Assembly (NCBI GenBank): GCA_905338395.1 | Contig: CAJPEW010001021.1 | Span: 1-48,465 of the forward strand | DNA: 48,465 nt | Origin: Cyprideis torosa | Lineage: Eukaryota | Reading direction: 5' to 3' | Shown: positions 44,301 through 48,465 of the stretch, piece by piece | Layout of the letters: each line of letters opens with the position of its first letter | Numbering within the stretch: position 1 is the stretch's first letter | Position numbers and translations under genes: made by a program | Notes under the pieces: generated by a model | What the model saw: the letters and a program-made list of their open reading frames with translations, nothing else | The model's database searches: none | What the model was told of the DNA's origin: nothing

Positions 44301-47300
44301 GTGCTTCTGAGGGAAGACCAATCTCTGGGCAGAAACTTGGAACGCTTCCTTCACAAAAAAGAACGGAAGATTCACCAGAGGACTGGACGATGGATGGGCG
44401 GAGGAAGCGAGATCGAGTGTCTCCTGCTTGGAGGAGGCGGCTTCTGGCCCGAGGTCAATTAATGCGTATGACGGCTGCTGGACTGGGAGCGTCACTCGAT
44501 TCAGCGATCATCAGGGAAACTGCAAGAAACTGAAATTCTTCCTTCGATCAAAGCCTTCGGTCATCTGCGAAGAGAGTTATACACGAATTTATTAACCCTC
44601 CCAGAAGAAAATCAAACACTTTTCGTGTTTAGGATGTTCCAGACAAGAGTTTTCCAATGCTTCATTATATTATAAATGCTAAGATGTTCCACGCAATGAG
44701 GGTTGACTTTGACTAATTTCTGCCCTCGCTCGGACGCCCGAAATTGTGACTCTTTCCAGCTATAACGTCGCATTCAAGTGACACGATTTTGGAAGTTGGA
44801 CGACGTTTGAACAGCTCTTCATGGAAGCCGTGTGTGCATCATAATTAGGTCGGCCATGCCGTTACGCAATATCTAAGCGGAGGAGTCAAGTGCAGCTGAC
44901 GGGAAGAAGCCTGCCTCGACTCATAAATGAAAATATAAAAGAAGTGCAAACACCTGAATACATCTGTACTTACTGCACGGCTATGTAATGATGGCAGTTC
45001 GTTCCTATGGATGAAGGAGCAGAGAGCAAAAGTTTTTTTTTGTCAATTGCAAATTGTGGAAGTTGAATTTTTTATCACACGCCAGAATGTACGGACAAAG
45101 CCTTCGAACGGAATACCCTCTAGTCTGTATACCAAACAATGTGGTGTTGGTGTGGTGTGCTTGGGAAACCATGTCCCTCCATTTCAAGGTCATACGAGTT
45201 TCGCTTGACCGTGACCGTCTCTGTGAGGCTATTCTATTGCGAATCATATGTCGTTGCTCTGTCTGAACGCAACGCCGCAACCACATCAATAGAAATCCGT
45301 AGCTTTCCCTAGCTGAAATCAATTAACAAAGACATCAGCCCACGAGCTGAAGACTTCGACACCAAATTGTGGAAACAACTGATGTTCTGATGTTGAACTT
45401 CCACACACGTGATGTTCTTTCGTCACAATCTACAACTCTTGTTCGCGCAATATATCTGTATGGACTGAAAATTCTATTTTTTTCCCTGAGTGACATTTTA
45501 TATCCTAGATCTTGAGATTTACCAAGAGCAGCGTTATCCTCGTCAATATCAACCTTTCTTGCTTCGACATTTCTGTAATGTCGTTTTGAACTGTTTTGAC
45601 CATGCTATAGAAAATTTCATCAAATAGCTGTCCTTGCAATAGAAGCAAGTTTTGCTTCGATGACTTTTCTCCAGGGCGAGAAATGAAAATGTCCACTTAT
45701 TCGAGGTCACATGACCTTAAAATTCTGCAGAAGCAAACTTTGCGAGACCATACGCAACTTTTATTTCAACAACTATTCTGTCATAGGAGAATATGGTCAA
45801 GGTTACGTGACCTTCGGCCATGAAGGGCAAAATTTTCCAAAGCATCCTTCTGGTTGCTGCCACTTTTGCTAATTAGGTTAATTAATACTAATGATTCCAA
45901 AACTGATACAGATATCAAAATTGCCTTCATTTTCCCTCGAGAACTTTCAGTCCTCTATACCGAATAATGCAGGAACCACCTCTTGTCGTTTCTGAGGAAA
46001 AAATAAAGCAAAAAACATAGGCATTACAATACTTCTCCAACCCCTCCCTTCGTGTTGTTCAGGAAGCATCCAGTCCCAACATTCAACATTGAGCACTCCA
46101 ACTGCTACTAACCGCGCTTGTCGAATGTCTCCTCCCTCCACACACTCCGAGTAGTACATCAATGATTCCAACGGTAAAATTTATCGTCAACGAATGTTGG
46201 AACTATTCGAATATCTATTGGACTACATAGATCCCATTTATGCGCAAGAACCGCCACAGCAGCACAGAAAACAGCGATCGATGGGACGAAGAGGCCACGG
46301 TGGAGACCAAGCACTTGCAAGGGTCTGGGTCTGTCCAGAGAATATATAGATGTAACTGTCAAAGATGTGACAGAACTGGCGCCTCTCGCGGAGGGGACGC
46401 CATCCCCACGAGTGTGCGCTTCTTTACAAAAGAAGAAGAGAGGGGTAGCAAAAAGAGCTATATAAAAAAGTGCGAAGCGGTGAACCCGTCGTTTCCTACC
46501 CAGCCACCTCTCTTGGGTCGTTTATGACCTTGACACAAAAAAACTTACCCTACCCTTCCACCACTCCACTGTCATGCAGATGCGGTCCGCTGATGCTGAC
46601 CGAAGAAAGCTTTCGCCTTGCAACAAGAACTATTCAGATCTTAGTTCTTCTGGCAATCTTACATGAAGCTAAATAATGTTACATGAAGCTAAATTTATCA
46701 AAAAAAATTATTAAAGATCAAGACGTATTATCTGGCATTTATGTGTAATTCTTTGTCATGCATGTCATCACAGCTGTTTTTAAGGTGCGACATAAAATTC
46801 GATAATAGTAGGGGACACGGGGAATGAACACAACCTTGATAAATTCTGATATGCCAGCACTTGAGAGTGCAACTGAAAGGTCTGTCGGTCTCTTTCGTCC
46901 AGGGTGATGGTGTTCCTATCGCATTCCACCGAATTTGACTGCGACTCCTCCAACTGTTTCCACCGATGGCGGTACAGAAACTGAACCAACTACTGAAGCC
47001 CCGTCCAAGGTAAATTCGCAGCATGTAATATAATCGTAATTCTGTAATGTGCGGTACGAGCGAGCAGTGGCGATTTTCTGAGGTAGATTCTCTGCGGAAA
47101 GCGTCGCGTAACAGTACAGTTGTTTGATTTCTGAACAGAGCGAAGTCTGTGATTTGGCAGCTGCTTTTGAGGAGCCACCATCGATGCATCGGAAACCACG
47201 TTCGCTGGTCTGTTGCCTATTCCTGAGGAGCTTTTGGTAAGCGTAGCCGTAGAGAAAAACCTTCTTTTTTGTTTTTTAATTGAAACGCTCTTTGATTCCG

Positions 47301-47934
47301 AGTCTTGCTTTCACATAATGTATACACAAAGTTGAATGAGCGTCCTCGATTTCACAGAAACAGGAGCCTCAGAAAAAGGGGATTGGAGTTGCATTGCTAT
47401 CGTCATCGGAGTCGGTCCCTCATTTCGACTCCAATCCTCGCAAGGGCTCCATAACCCTGGTAAAAATTAGGAGCCGACCGATGGTAATCATCTGCCGATA
47501 CCGGTGATTGAAATTTTCGATGCCGCGTACATATGCATAGTAAGCTCTTTTTTTCCGTACTCGACCATCAGAGAGGAAGAACAGCTCTTATAAGACGTCC
47601 CTGTGTCGCCGTGTCTCATGGAATGTGTCAGGCGAATTTGAGAAAATTTTATAAGACGTAAATTGACTATACTTCAATTTAACTTTTTCATTTTAATGTG
47701 GGAAAATAGAGAATAACTGATGGCAGTACAATGCAGTTGGAACTAGGACACCATCTGTCGAGAAAACATCGGCATCGGCCGATAGTTTGTTGAAACGGAC
47801 ATCTTGTAACCTGTAAACAGGAGAACAGCCATTGGCTAACATGATATAAAAGAGCAGTGGCCACGGCTTATTATGGTCAGCAGAATCTTTGGTGGATTTC
47901 AGTTTGATATACATGAACACACCTAAGTAAAATA

Positions 47935-48048
47935 TAGGTTCTTGCTGCCAGACATTACAGGTCCTTGCTAGGAGACATTACAGGTCCTTGCTACGAGACA
48001 TTACAGGTCCTTGCTACGAGACATTACAGGTCCTTGCTACAAGACATG
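47935..48048. repeat. 24-bp tandem repeat x ~4.7 (acattacaggtccttgctacgaga)
   Basis: Direct observation. Confidence 0.9.
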
Positions 48049-48295
48049 CAGACATATACATATGTCACCGCTCCACAGCCTAAACCAATAACCCGATATA
48101 ATGAAAGAAACTGTTTGTCATTCTCAGCCACACCATTTAATGATCAATGGGGCCACCGTTGACAGCTAGCACGAGAAACCTCGCTCTCTTCATGATGACC
48201 AGCAAGCCACTATAGCTGTCCCCTTCCGGCCTATTGGCTGACCATATTGTAGCCACTTCAGATTAGGGCCGTGATGCCAACGGTGCGGTCTGGAC

Positions 48296-48465
<170 letters not shown>

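Overview
This window is eukaryotic, almost certainly metazoan, nuclear genomic DNA: short spliceosomal introns of about 80-650 bp with GT-AG boundaries, many micro/minisatellites, and no prokaryotic features. The first ~28 kb is gene-dense; the second ~20 kb is repeat-rich and gene-poor.

Genes supported by the sequence:
- **GUS (1-2654, +):** the 3' two-thirds of a GH2 beta-glucuronidase gene, exons traced by homology to GUSB/UidA. It carries a tandem pair of homologous 85-nt exons that look mutually exclusive. It also appears to lack the conserved RGKGFD...RTSHYPY segment.
- **Hypothetical 5-exon gene (3093-4236, +):** phase-consistent splice model, product unrecognised.
- **MVP (6823-12365, +):** a complete major vault protein gene, 18 coding exons, 881 aa, all intron phases consistent. 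One intron seems to use a GC donor.
- **ApoL-like fusion gene (20333-22340, +):** two exons, 616 aa. The N-terminal ~290 aa is an apolipoprotein-L-like pore-forming domain with a glycine-zipper hairpin. This is followed by a basic/acidic linker and an unrecognised ~270-aa C-terminal globular domain. This is the most interesting candidate in the window.
- **Small basic-tailed gene (22865-23628, +):** two exons, 218 aa, polybasic C-terminus ending -CCIE, product unknown.
- **FAU (27408-28182, -):** ubiquitin-like FUBI fused to ribosomal protein S30, three exons, 136 aa.

Other content:
- a non-LTR retrotransposon reverse-transcriptase fragment interrupted by a poly-G run (~18.5-18.8 kb)
- a ~170-bp satellite array (24.7-25.9 kb) with a dispersed solo copy at 41.8-42.0 kb
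- a 100-bp near-identical triplicated tandem repeat
- an element with inverted arrays of 21-bp subterminal repeats (33.08-33.75 kb)
- an 18-bp minisatellite with higher-order structure (42.5-43.2 kb)
- several 24-45 bp minisatellites
- a terminal 169-nt poly-C run that is most likely an assembly or sequencing artefact

No rRNA, tRNA or CRISPR could be supported.
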